A DNA stretch of 29,661 nucleotides from Planctomycetota bacterium (GCA_003576845.1 QEVJ01000070.1:1-29661); one strand, 5' to 3'. Shown: positions 15,171 to 25,447, numbered from the stretch's first letter. The notes: generated from the letters alone by a model not told the origin. A program made the numbers and translations.

Positions 15171-16373
15171 TCAATCGTCGCTGACCCCGAGACGCACGCG
15201 GATGGGCGTCGCTTTTCCGCCGCGGATGACGCTGACTTCGACCGTTTCGCCCGGCTTGCGGCTTTCGATGAGCGATTGAAACTGCGACGCCGATTTCACC
15301 GGCTTGCCGTCGACCGCGACGATCGTGTCGGCCTGCGAGCGGTCCAGGCGCTGCCACTCTTCGATGAACGCCCCGCGCTGGCGGCGTTCGCGGACGATGC
15401 GATACCCGCGCAGGCCCGCTTGCGCCGCGGGGCCGTTCGGCGTCGCGGCGACGATGACCAGTCCGTGATCGGCCTCCAAGACGCGGGCGATGCCGATGTC
15501 GGCGCGAATCACGCGGCCGTGCTCGATCAACTGCGGCAGGATCGGCGCAATCGTGGTCGAACCGATCGCGAACCCGACGCCGGCGCTTTGGCCTGTCTTG
15601 CTGGCGATGGCCGTGTTCATGCCGATGACGCGGCCGCGCGTGTCGAGCAGCGGCCCGCCGGAGTTGCCGGGATTGATCGAGGCGTCGATCTGGATGATCG
15701 ATTTCATGATGTGACGGTTCCGAGTCGGCAGCGAGCGGTTCAAACTGGCAATGATCCCGGCGGTGAGCGTTCGTTCGAGGCCAAAGGGATTGCCGATGGC
15801 GAAGACGCGCTGCCCGACCCGAAGCTGCGACGAATCGCCGAACGTGACGGGAAACAGCGACTCGGCCGGGGCGTCGATTTTGAGCAGGGCCATGTCGGTC
15901 GACGCATCGCGGCCGACAACCTGGGCGTCGTAAGCCTTGCCGTCGAAGAGCGTAACGCGGATTTCGTCGGCCGCTTCGACGACGTGGTAGTTGGTCAAGA
16001 TGTGGCCGTGCTTGTCGATGACGAAACCCGAACCGGCGCCTTCCTCGGCTTGGGCCTCCATGCCGAAGAACGTATCCTCGCGCTGTGCCCGCGTGGTAAT
16101 GTTGGCGACGCTGCGATTCACTCGCTCGTAGACGTCGATGTTTACCCGCTCCTCCGCGGACAGTTCGTCGAGCCGGTTTCCGGGCACGATGGCGGGTCCG
16201 GCGGCGGGGCGTTCGCTGGCGGGGCGATTGGCCGGCCGTCGCCCATCGAGCGGCGGGGCTGGCGGCGGCTCTTGAGCCAACGACTCGGCTTCGCCGGGCA
16301 GCCGTTCCAACAACTCGGCACCCACGGCGCCAACGGCAACACAGATCACACACAGAATGAGGTTTCGCAGCAT
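15171..16373 (-). CDS. htrA: HtrA/DegP-family periplasmic serine protease (S1C) with one PDZ domain and an N-terminal membrane anchor.
   Basis: Catalytic triad context is HVV, DMALLK and GNSGGPLL. The PDZ-like C-terminus reads IGIARVLEADHGLVI...GDTIVAVDGKPV. The anchor reads MLRNLILCVICVAVGAVGA. Start ATG is revcomp of 16371-16373. Confidence 0.9.
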   Translation of the reverse strand: MLRNLILCVICVAVGAVGAELLERLPGEAESLAQEPPPAPPLDGRRPANRPASERPAAGPAIVPGNRLDELSAEERVNIDVYERVNRSVANITTRAQREDTFFGMEAQAEEGAGSGFVIDKHGHILTNYHVVEAADEIRVTLFDGKAYDAQVVGRDASTDMALLKIDAPAESLFPVTFGDSSQLRVGQRVFAIGNPFGLERTLTAGIIASLNRSLPTRNRHIMKSIIQIDASINPGNSGGPLLDTRGRVIGMNTAIASKTGQSAGVGFAIGSTTIAPILPQLIEHGRVIRADIGIARVLEADHGLVIVAATPNGPAAQAGLRGYRIVRERRQRGAFIEEWQRLDRSQADTIVAVDGKPVKSASQFQSLIESRKPGETVEVSVIRGGKATPIRVRLGVSDD

Positions 16374-16643
16374 GGCGTCACCGCTTGAGGTTCGGGTCGC
16401 GGCGGGGGGAATCCCGCCTTCCCTCCGGGATTTTAACCCATGTTACGCACGCAGGCGAAGGCGAGTTCGCCGGGGACGGACGAGCGGCACCGGGTTCTTC
16501 GGTAGATTCCGCGGCCAATGGTACGCTCCGGGCGGACCGTTGGTTATGATGCCGGGAACCGTGGAAGATGCAGACAGCGGACCATTGCGACTTCCCCTAC
16601 GAATCCCGCGGGAATCTTGCGGCTTAACATCGCGGAGGCAACT

Positions 16644-18065
16644 ATGTTCGGCGACACCTTGGCCGGCGGTCTCGATCGGCGTTCTTTTCTGCGGCAGGCA
16701 GTCGGCGGCGCGGCGGCGTTCGGTTTCGGAGCGTCCGCATTGAACTTCGCGTGGCCGGCGCGGCTTTTCGCCCAAGAGCCGGGCGAGCGACCGAAGCGGT
16801 CCGACGGCGTGACGGTCGTCAACCCCCGCGGCCGCGTGCCGCTGAGCTTCATCATCGACGACTCGACGTGCCTGGTGAATCTCAACCGCTTCGCCATGCC
16901 GCAGTTCGCCGTCGCGACGGGCAATCGCAAGACATACAACGACGCCTGGCGGAAATGGCCGGCCGAGATTCCCGACGACTTCGTCCGCAAGTTCGGCAAC
17001 TGGTGCGGCGAGCACGGCGTGAAGGGAAAATACAGCGTCGTGCCCTATCCGGCGTGCGTCGGCCGGCTCGATCGCGAACTGCCGGGCTGGACCGACGCCG
17101 AAGTGAAGGCGAGCATCGACCTCGTCCGCACGCTGATGCTGCCCGGTTGGGACATCCATCCCGAAATGATTACGCACACCTGGGCGATCGACACGAAGAC
17201 GGGCCATCCGTTTCCCGAAAAATCGATGAACTTCGCCGAGAACTGGGGCTGGTCGGTCGGCAAGTCGGCGGACGAGTTGACCGATTACTTCGTTTATGCG
17301 CTCAACATCCTGAAGAACGTCGGCCTGCCGTGCGAAGGCGTGACGACGCCGGGCGGATTCGGCGGCCGCTCGCTCGTTTCGCTCTCGAAGGCCACGCTCG
17401 ATTCGTGCCGCGACGTGTTCAAGACCGAAATCCCGCACTATTTCCGCCATCTTTATGACCGCGGCGACGAAAGCGTGGCCCCGCGCGTCGAGTATGCCGC
17501 GGACTTGGGCGGCGACGATCCCAAGTGCGTCGTGTCGATCATCGGCTGCACGGGCGATTGGACCGGCGGCTGGGACTGCTCCGATCGTGGCTTCGTCGAC
17601 AAGTTCATCACGCCGAACCTCAAGAGCGGCCGCATGGTCGAGGTGATCGAGCGCGGCGAACCGGCCTGCATTGTCTGTCACTGGACGGGCATCTACTTCA
17701 ACGGCGAAGAGGTCGGCTTCAAGGTGTTTCAAGAAGCCGTGCGGCGCTTGCACGCGCGGTACGATCACCTCTTATGGATGAAGCTTAGCGAGATCGCCCG
17801 CTACTGGGCGGCGAAGGAACTGACGACGATCGCCAAGGTCGACAACCGCATCGAGTTTGCGGCGCCGTTCGCCTGTCCCGCGTTTACGGTGAAGTTCGCG
17901 GCCGACGAGCGTGCGCGGCCGAACGTCGGCAACGGCGACAAGACGATCTTGCTCAAGGAGGTCGATACGATGCTCGCGCTCGAACCCGGCACGTTCGTTC
18001 GGCAGGGCAAAGACGTGGTTTGCTGCTTCAACTTGATGAAGGGGCGTTCGCTGGTGACGTGGTAA
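16644..18065 (+). CDS. Tat-signal exported hypothetical protein (473 aa) of unknown function.
   Basis: ATG at 16644 has GGAGG 5 nt upstream. A twin-arginine motif DRRSFLRQAVGGAAAFGFG...AQEP is present. I recognise no family with confidence. A faint carbohydrate-esterase-like flavour (SFIIDDS) is not enough for a call. Confidence 0.65.
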   Translation: MFGDTLAGGLDRRSFLRQAVGGAAAFGFGASALNFAWPARLFAQEPGERPKRSDGVTVVNPRGRVPLSFIIDDSTCLVNLNRFAMPQFAVATGNRKTYNDAWRKWPAEIPDDFVRKFGNWCGEHGVKGKYSVVPYPACVGRLDRELPGWTDAEVKASIDLVRTLMLPGWDIHPEMITHTWAIDTKTGHPFPEKSMNFAENWGWSVGKSADELTDYFVYALNILKNVGLPCEGVTTPGGFGGRSLVSLSKATLDSCRDVFKTEIPHYFRHLYDRGDESVAPRVEYAADLGGDDPKCVVSIIGCTGDWTGGWDCSDRGFVDKFITPNLKSGRMVEVIERGEPACIVCHWTGIYFNGEEVGFKVFQEAVRRLHARYDHLLWMKLSEIARYWAAKELTTIAKVDNRIEFAAPFACPAFTVKFAADERARPNVGNGDKTILLKEVDTMLALEPGTFVRQGKDVVCCFNLMKGRSLVTW

Positions 18066-18077
18066 CGCGGCGGCGAG

Positions 18078-19385
<1,308 letters not shown>

Positions 19386-19614
19386 TATTCTAAATTGGCG
19401 GTCTGCCCGCGGCCACCTACTCGCCCGATGGCGAAAATAACGTCAATCGCGGCGTTCCCGCCGACTTGCAGAACGGAGTCGGCGATTTTTCCACGCCCCC
19501 GCGGCTCGTCCTGACGCGGAGCGCGGCCGCTGCGTATACTCTCCATAGCGGTTCCGTTCCACGCTCGCCGCCGGGAGTGCGGCCGGCAAGGGGCCCGCGC
19601 CAGGAGTGCGACGG

Positions 19615-19941
19615 ATGAAGAAGTCCCGAGTCAAGTTGGACACCATCGAACCGGTCGGCCTTCGGGTGCTCGTCTGTAAGGACGAGGAACGCCGAACCAC
19701 CAAGGGCGGCATCCACCTGCCCGACGACGCCAAGATTCCCGTCATCACGGGCCGGATCGTGGCGATCAGCCAGCAGGTGGAGAACGATCCCGACTACCCG
19801 CTCAAGCAATACGACAAAGTGCTCGTGAACCCGACGAACGCGATTCCGGTCGATTTCGAGCGAGACAACAAGCTGTTCGTGATTCCGGTCGAGGATGTGG
19901 TCGCGGTGATGCGCCCGGGCGTTGCCGAGGTGGAAGAATAG
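19615..19941 (+). CDS. GroES/Cpn10-like co-chaperonin paralog. It is an orphan, with no groEL downstream.
   Basis: ATG at 19615 has AGGAG 8 nt upstream. TKGGIHLPDDAKIPVITGRIVAIS and YDKVLVNPTNAIPVDFERDNKLFVIPVEDVVAVM align with the GroES mobile-loop and roof regions. Confidence 0.7.
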   Translation: MKKSRVKLDTIEPVGLRVLVCKDEERRTTKGGIHLPDDAKIPVITGRIVAISQQVENDPDYPLKQYDKVLVNPTNAIPVDFERDNKLFVIPVEDVVAVMRPGVAEVEE

Positions 19942-19980
19942 ACGCTTTCGATTCGGCGAGCGCGGCGAAAGGAGGTTTTC

Positions 19981-20220
19981 ATGAAACAATTCGTGGACGC
20001 GGTATATGAGGACGGCATCTTTCGACCGGTGCTGCCGGTCGAGCTTCCGCCGGGCGAACGCGTGCGCGTCGAGATCGACGTGAAGCCCAAGGTGGACGTC
20101 GAGAAAATGCTCTCCGAATTCCAAAAAGTGTATGAAGGATTTACGCCAGCGGAAATCGAAGAACTGGAGAAAGTAATCCTCGACCGAAGCAACTTTTCGC
20201 GGCGGGAGCTCGACCTATGA
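19981..20220 (+). CDS. DUF104-type antitoxin (partner of a PIN toxin).
   Basis: MKQFVDAVYEDGIFRPVLPVELPPGERVRVEI matches the AF2212/DUF104 antitoxin N-terminal pattern. GGAGG lies 5 nt upstream. The stop overlaps the next gene start (ATGA at 20217-20220). Confidence 0.65.
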   Translation: MKQFVDAVYEDGIFRPVLPVELPPGERVRVEIDVKPKVDVEKMLSEFQKVYEGFTPAEIEELEKVILDRSNFSRRELDL

Positions 20221-20630
20221 GCCGGTCGCGCGTGCTGATCGACACCGATGTGCTCTCGGCTATCCAGCGCAGCGATCCCCAGGCGATGTCACGCCTCGCC
20301 GAGTACATTTCACTCTTTGGTCGGGCAACGTGGTCCGTAATCACAAGCTATGAAGTATTGCGTGGACTTCGCTGGAAACGCGCGACGGGACAAGAACTGG
20401 CGTTTAGGCGGATTTGCGATGGCCATGAAGTCTTGCCTCTGACCGCGGAAATCGCCGACGTTGCGGCGCAACTCCATGCTGACTGCAAGTCCCGAGGAAT
20501 TGCGGCTGGCGACGCCGATACCTTGATCGCAGCAACCGCGCTCGTGTACGGCATGAGCGTTGCCACGGGAAACGTGCGCCATTTTCGCGAGTTCTCGAGC
20601 CTTCACTTGGAAAACTGGCTCGTGCATTAG
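20217..20630 (+). CDS. vapC: PIN-domain toxin (VapC-like ribonuclease).
   Basis: Acidic PIN residues are seen in VLIDTDVL, SYEVLRG and AAGDADTLIAATA. Size is 137 aa. The gene is translationally coupled to the upstream antitoxin. Confidence 0.8.
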   Translation: MSRSRVLIDTDVLSAIQRSDPQAMSRLAEYISLFGRATWSVITSYEVLRGLRWKRATGQELAFRRICDGHEVLPLTAEIADVAAQLHADCKSRGIAAGDADTLIAATALVYGMSVATGNVRHFREFSSLHLENWLVH

Positions 20631-20672
20631 TTCAAGTGGCTATTTATGGCGATTTGGCTTGGGGAGTTCTCG

Positions 20673-21674
20673 ATGACACGATCGATTCAATGCGGCGGGG
20701 TGTGGACCCTTTTGTGTCTGGGCCTGGGTTTGGCAATTGCGAACATCGTCGCGGCGGACGGACGTGCTGCAGAAGTCCGAACGCTGCGAATCGCGGCCGA
20801 CGACAATCTCGTCCAAATCGAAGCGGTTGAAGTCGACACGTCAAATGCGACGCCCTTGCTCAAGTATTGGCGTGAGAAGCCCAAGGATACAAAGCTCGCC
20901 GCCGAAAGTGGCTGCTTTTTTCACCCACTCTGCACGCCCGACGGACATACGGTGACCGATCTCGCGCCGGACGATCACCCGCACCATCGCGGCGTGTTTC
21001 TCGCGTTCGTCGAAATGCGGGGCGCCAAACTCGATGCGGACTTCTGGGGATGGGGCGCCCACGCGCCGATCGAAGGCCGCAGGATCGTGAACGTCGACAA
21101 GGCGGTAACCGAACTCGATGCCCAAGCAATTACGACGACGTTCGACAACGCTTGGAAAGTTGGGGATACGGTGCTTTTGGGCGAACGCCTCGCAGCGCGA
21201 ACACGGGCATTGCGCGAAGCGAACGTGTTGGATCTTGAGTATCGCCTCACGCCTCGCGAGGACATTCGCCTGCCGCAATGGGCCTTCAGCGGCTTTTGCG
21301 TGCGGCTGCGGAAGGATGGCAAGATCGTGTATACGTCGCCGAAGGGCGCGGTCGATCTGCCGCCGCTCGACCACATGAAGCCGGAACTCGATTGGCCGGC
21401 GGAGGCGTGGTACGATGCGACCATGACGCTCGAGGGCGGCAAGCAAGTCGGCGTGGCCGTGGTCGATCATCCGGCGAACCCGCCGTGCCTGTGGCACAAC
21501 GAGTCGCGGATTCACATGCTCAATCCGTGCATTGTCGCCCCGGGCGAAGTGAAGCTAACGGCGGGAAAGCCGCTCGTGTTGTCGTACAGGCTCGTGGTGC
21601 ACGACGGCCCCGTGCCGGTCGAGTTGATCGAGAAGTTGGCAAAAGAGTTTCGCGCAGCAAAGCGGGCGGAGTGA
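20673..21674 (+). CDS. Secreted PmoA-family / DUF6807-like protein with an HPHHRG motif.
   Basis: Signal peptide MTRSIQCGGVWTLLCLGLGLAIANIVAA is present. GGGGAG lies 6 nt upstream of ATG 20673. The DDHPHHRGVFLAF motif is present. The family assignment is from memory, not searched. Confidence 0.5.
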   Translation: MTRSIQCGGVWTLLCLGLGLAIANIVAADGRAAEVRTLRIAADDNLVQIEAVEVDTSNATPLLKYWREKPKDTKLAAESGCFFHPLCTPDGHTVTDLAPDDHPHHRGVFLAFVEMRGAKLDADFWGWGAHAPIEGRRIVNVDKAVTELDAQAITTTFDNAWKVGDTVLLGERLAARTRALREANVLDLEYRLTPREDIRLPQWAFSGFCVRLRKDGKIVYTSPKGAVDLPPLDHMKPELDWPAEAWYDATMTLEGGKQVGVAVVDHPANPPCLWHNESRIHMLNPCIVAPGEVKLTAGKPLVLSYRLVVHDGPVPVELIEKLAKEFRAAKRAE

Positions 21675-21725
21675 GTAGCAATAGTGATTGGAAATTGGTG
21701 AGTTGTGAATGGTGAGTGCGTGCGC
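21671..21725. repeat. Four degenerate tandem 13-14-bp repeats with GTGAGT/GTGATT heads.
   Basis: The array reads gtgagtagcaata, gtgattggaaattg, gtgagttgtgaatg, gtgagtgcgtgcgc. It starts within the stop codon of the PmoA-like gene and lies about 100-150 bp upstream of ltaE. Confidence 0.4.
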
Positions 21726-21823
21726 GTCGTGACGTTGTTTCTTTGCATCGAGCGGATTGCCCCCGGTGTATTCACCGGGTGGTAAATCCCTGACCCCCGA
21801 CCCCCGATCCCTGCCCCCCGCCC

Positions 21824-22912
21824 ATGATCGACCTCCGCAGCGATACGGTCACCAAACCCACGCCGGCCATGCTCGCCGCGATGACGTCCGCGCCCTTGGG
21901 CGACGATGTGTTCGACGAGGACCCGACCGTCCACAAGCTGCAAGAGCGCGTCGCCGAACTGCTCGGTAAGGAAGCGGCCGTGTTCGCTCCCTCGGGAACG
22001 ATGACGAATCAGATCGGCGTCCGCGTGCATTGCCAGCCGGGCGATGAGTTTTTGTGCGAAGCCGGTTGTCACATTTACAACTACGAGCAAGGCGCGTATG
22101 CGCAGCTTAGTGGCCTCGCCGTGCGGCCGGTCGAAGGACGCGAGAACATTTTGCACGTCGACCAGCTTCGCGACCTGATCCGCGGCGACAACGAGCATCT
22201 GGTGCGAACGCGGCTCGTGTGCCTCGAAAACACGCACAATCGCGGCAGCGGGCGCGTGCTGCCCTACGACGGCGTGGCCGAGATTTGTGCCTGGGCGCAC
22301 GACAACGGCTTGGCGACCCACTTGGACGGCGCGCGGCTGTTCAACGCGGCGGTCGCGACCGGCATACCGGCGAACGAATGGGCCAAACACTTCGACACGG
22401 TTAGCGTCTGTTTCAGCAAGGGGCTCGGCTGCCCCATCGGTTCCGCGCTGGCCGGGCCTGCGCCGCTGATGAAACAAGCCCGGCGGATTCGCAAACTGTT
22501 CGGCGGCGGGATGCGCCAGGCGGGCGTGATTGCGGCGGCGGCGCTCTATGCACTCGACAACCACATCGAACGCCTCGCCGAAGATCACGCGGCCGCGCAG
22601 ATTCTCGCCGACGCGGTTCGGGCGACCAGCGGGTTGCGGCTCGAACCGGACACGATCGACACGAACATCATCATCTTCAGTGTCGACCCACAGATCGCCA
22701 CAGCCCACGAGTTCGTCGCGGCGCTTCGCGCGCGCGGCGTGTTGACGCTCGCGGTGAGCAAGACCCGCATCCGCGCGGTGACGCATTTGGACGTCGACCG
22801 TGCGGCGGTGGCCCGAGCGGCGAAGATCGCGCAAGAAACAACCGCGGCGCTGGCGGACGGAAAGCTGCACCCGGCAACCGTCGACGAAGACTCGGCGGCG
22901 TATGGACGATAG
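21824..22912 (+). CDS. ltaE: Low-specificity L-threonine aldolase (PLP-dependent).
   Basis: The N-terminus MIDLRSDTVTKPTPAM and the PLP-lysine context CFSKGLGCPIGS are present. Length is 362 aa. Confidence 0.9.
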   Translation: MIDLRSDTVTKPTPAMLAAMTSAPLGDDVFDEDPTVHKLQERVAELLGKEAAVFAPSGTMTNQIGVRVHCQPGDEFLCEAGCHIYNYEQGAYAQLSGLAVRPVEGRENILHVDQLRDLIRGDNEHLVRTRLVCLENTHNRGSGRVLPYDGVAEICAWAHDNGLATHLDGARLFNAAVATGIPANEWAKHFDTVSVCFSKGLGCPIGSALAGPAPLMKQARRIRKLFGGGMRQAGVIAAAALYALDNHIERLAEDHAAAQILADAVRATSGLRLEPDTIDTNIIIFSVDPQIATAHEFVAALRARGVLTLAVSKTRIRAVTHLDVDRAAVARAAKIAQETTAALADGKLHPATVDEDSAAYGR

Positions 22913-22941
22913 GTTGCCCCTTGTTCCCGAATTGATCTTCA

Positions 22942-23304
22942 ATGACCCGCCTGATCGACAAACCAACCCGCATCGAAGCCTGCGGCCAACCGCCGAAGGT
23001 CATCGAAGAATTCATCGGCCGCGTGAACTCGCAAACCGACGGCGTGAGCATCGCCCGCATGAAAAGCCCGTCCGGCTGGAGCGAGCCGGGGCAAACGCCG
23101 GAGTTTGACGAGTATTCCATCGTCCTCCGCGGCACGCTGCGGGTGGAGACTCGCGACGCGACATTCGACGTGCCCGCCGGCCAAGCGGTCATCGCCCCGC
23201 GCGGCCAGTGGGTCCGTTACAGCACGCCCAGCGCGGAAGGAGCCGAATACATCGCGGTGTGCCTCCCGGCGTTCTCGCCGCAAACAGTGCATCGCGATGA
23301 GTAA
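22942..23304 (+). CDS. Small cupin-fold protein (120 aa).
   Basis: A beta-barrel-like segment reads EYSIVLRGTLRVETRDATFDVPAGQAVIAPRGQWVRY. No specific subfamily is recognised. Confidence 0.5.
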   Translation: MTRLIDKPTRIEACGQPPKVIEEFIGRVNSQTDGVSIARMKSPSGWSEPGQTPEFDEYSIVLRGTLRVETRDATFDVPAGQAVIAPRGQWVRYSTPSAEGAEYIAVCLPAFSPQTVHRDE

Positions 23305-23315
23305 CGTCGGTTGGT

Positions 23316-25328
23316 TCACTTCGCTTCGTCCGACGGCGGCGACATAATCCGGCCGGCGAAGAGAATGTTCTTCGTGCGATCGTCGCGAATCAACAGCACA
23401 AACGGGCGATCGACCCGGAAAATGACCTTCCTGGGCGGCTTGGTAATACCACCGCCGCCGCCAAATCCCCCGGCTGTAGCCGCCGCGGCGTCCGTTCCCT
23501 TTTCATCGACGCGCAAGAATGCCTGATGCGTGACGAACGTCAAATAGAAAGGCTCCTCAGTCGATAAGGCGTCGAATTGCGCTTGCGACGGATCGAACGC
23601 GCGGCGAATACCGAGCGCTTGAAGCGGATCCTCTAAGCCCAGTGAGTCGTGAAAGGTGAACTTAGGAAAATAAAGCTTCACGTTCGCCGTTTCGAACGCG
23701 TTGGCGACGCTCTCGATATAGTCCGCGGACAGCGATTTCTCAAGCGTCGCGAGTCCGCCTTCTTCTGAGGGAGGCGCCATCACAATCATGGATGCGGCGC
23801 CGTCAACGGAATCAGGACCGTAGCGCAGTTCGACGGCCCGCACTCCGTCCTCCATTTCCGCATACGGCAAATCGGTTTCCTGCGTCATCGTCGGGACCAT
23901 CCGCCGGCCCTCGATGGCGTTGAAGGGAAGCGGCTTCGTGCCTCGTTCGAACGGGTTCGACCATTTGCCGTTGAAGTAAACCGCGTTGGCCAGCACCGAG
24001 CGCGTCTCTGGCGTAATCATGTGCGGCCGAAGTAAATCACGAATCCGATCGGCCGTGTGATCGGCGACCCAGGCGTTGATCGCTTCGCGCGCCGCTTCGG
24101 GCGTGGCCTTGAAGTCGACGAAGCCGAGTTCGCCGCCGTAATGCGTTTGGAGCGTATTGACGAATTCGTCCTCGATCTCGAATCGCGAACCTGCCCAAAG
24201 CCGATTCGCGACGCGGAGTTCATAACCGCGCCGCTCGGGAGTTGCGCGCAGCGCCGTGCGCAGACTGCCATAGCCGGCGTGCAGTTTCGCGGTTTCGCCG
24301 TCGAAACGCAGCACTTTGGAAATCTCCGCGCCCGTTTCGTTTGTCGCGCCCGCACGGAGCATCGCGAGCGCCACGGCAATGCTGTGCGGCGAATAGAAAA
24401 CGTTTCGATCGTTGTCCGCGGTCAATTGGCGATAAAGATCGAACGCCATGTCGTTCGCCCCGTGAACGATGGCGTCGCGGTTTTCGTCGGGCTTGAGCAC
24501 GGGTTCGTCGCTTGAATTCCGCTCTCCGAAGGCTTCGTCAAGCGCTTCCTCAAGCGCGCGATTCGCGGACGGCTTCTTACCCGTCTTGCTGTCCGTTTTG
24601 TGCTGCGCCGCGCGGAGGTCGGCAAGTAACCGCTCGATTTGCTCGTGGATGTCTTGCGTTTGCGAAATGACGAGCACGTAAATGTTCGCCGTCTGATACT
24701 CTTTTATGTTCGCATACCCGCCGACGGCGCTCCAAGTTGTCGGCGCGACATTCGACGTGATCAATTCGATCAGAGACTCCATATCGCCGTGCACGTATTC
24801 GCCGGACTCGTCGCGATCTGAAATGTCGTAGACGCGAAGCTCTAGCGCCGACTGTGCGGCGTCGAGCGTGGTAATCCAGAGCGTTTCATACTTGACGACC
24901 CACTTCAGGTCGTGCTCTTGCAGGATCAAGTCGAGGGCCGAGCGGCGCGAAATCGGCGATTTCCGGAACGTGACCTGCAATGCGGCCGGGTCGATGCTGG
25001 CGTCGGCGAGCTTGCGTTTATCGACGTAAATTCGCTCGCCGAACTCCGCTTCGAGGGTGTCAACGACTTCGTTGAGCGGCGTGTTGTCGAAGCCGAACGT
25101 CGCCGGCTTGCTGAGTGCTTCCGCGATACGGCGGTAAGCTTTGCGATTTGCGGCGACGACGTCCCAGTCCGGGGCGGGCGGGGAGGCGATTGCAAGTCGG
25201 GATTCCGGGACCGAATCGTTGGTCTTTTCGTCCGCCGCCGGATCGCCCGCAAGGACGCTTCTGCCGGCGAGCGACGCGGCGATAAGTGCTAGCGCAAACG
25301 TGCGTAGCACGCGAAAACTGCGAGCCAT
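23316..25328 (-). CDS. Secreted serpin (serine protease inhibitor) with a roughly 270-aa N-terminal extension containing a secretin-N/STN-like segment.
   Basis: The serpin core (about 23319-24443) shows NDMAFDLYRQL...NVFYSPHSIAVALAML, the hinge EKGTDAAAATAGGFGGGGGITKPP and the C-terminal FRVDRPFVLLIRDD. The N-extension (about 24876-25118) reads TFGFDNTPLNEVVDTLEAEFGERIYVDKRK...VTFRKSPISRRSALDLILQEHDLKWVVKYETLWITT. Start ATG (revcomp of 25326-25328) has GAGGAGG 5 nt upstream and a signal peptide MARSFRVLRTFALALIAASLAGRSVLAG. Confidence 0.85.
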   Translation of the reverse strand: MARSFRVLRTFALALIAASLAGRSVLAGDPAADEKTNDSVPESRLAIASPPAPDWDVVAANRKAYRRIAEALSKPATFGFDNTPLNEVVDTLEAEFGERIYVDKRKLADASIDPAALQVTFRKSPISRRSALDLILQEHDLKWVVKYETLWITTLDAAQSALELRVYDISDRDESGEYVHGDMESLIELITSNVAPTTWSAVGGYANIKEYQTANIYVLVISQTQDIHEQIERLLADLRAAQHKTDSKTGKKPSANRALEEALDEAFGERNSSDEPVLKPDENRDAIVHGANDMAFDLYRQLTADNDRNVFYSPHSIAVALAMLRAGATNETGAEISKVLRFDGETAKLHAGYGSLRTALRATPERRGYELRVANRLWAGSRFEIEDEFVNTLQTHYGGELGFVDFKATPEAAREAINAWVADHTADRIRDLLRPHMITPETRSVLANAVYFNGKWSNPFERGTKPLPFNAIEGRRMVPTMTQETDLPYAEMEDGVRAVELRYGPDSVDGAASMIVMAPPSEEGGLATLEKSLSADYIESVANAFETANVKLYFPKFTFHDSLGLEDPLQALGIRRAFDPSQAQFDALSTEEPFYLTFVTHQAFLRVDEKGTDAAAATAGGFGGGGGITKPPRKVIFRVDRPFVLLIRDDRTKNILFAGRIMSPPSDEAK

Positions 25329-25447
25329 GTGAGCCTCCTCAGTGACAAACAGCGTTCCGATATCATAACTCGCCGGCCGCGCGAGGTGTTCCAGTCCTCG
25401 CCGCGAACCATGCAAGCTAAACGCAAATTCGTCTTTGTAGTCCTCCG

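Noticed and set aside
15043-17768. Alternative-frame and antisense ORFs over htrA and the Tat gene (15043-16353 minus, 15090-16388 plus, 16443-17768 minus).
   Set aside because: HtrA catalytic and PDZ motifs and the Tat leader identify the real frames. The others are arginine-rich GC artefacts.
19386-19614. CIRCE/HrcA operator upstream of the GroES-like gene.
   Set aside because: The GAGTGC half-sites occur as direct repeats, not as the TTAGCACTC-N9-GAGTGCTAA inverted repeat.
21512-22966. 484-aa minus-strand ORF opposite ltaE.
   Set aside because: ltaE shows an unambiguous threonine-aldolase signature on the plus strand.
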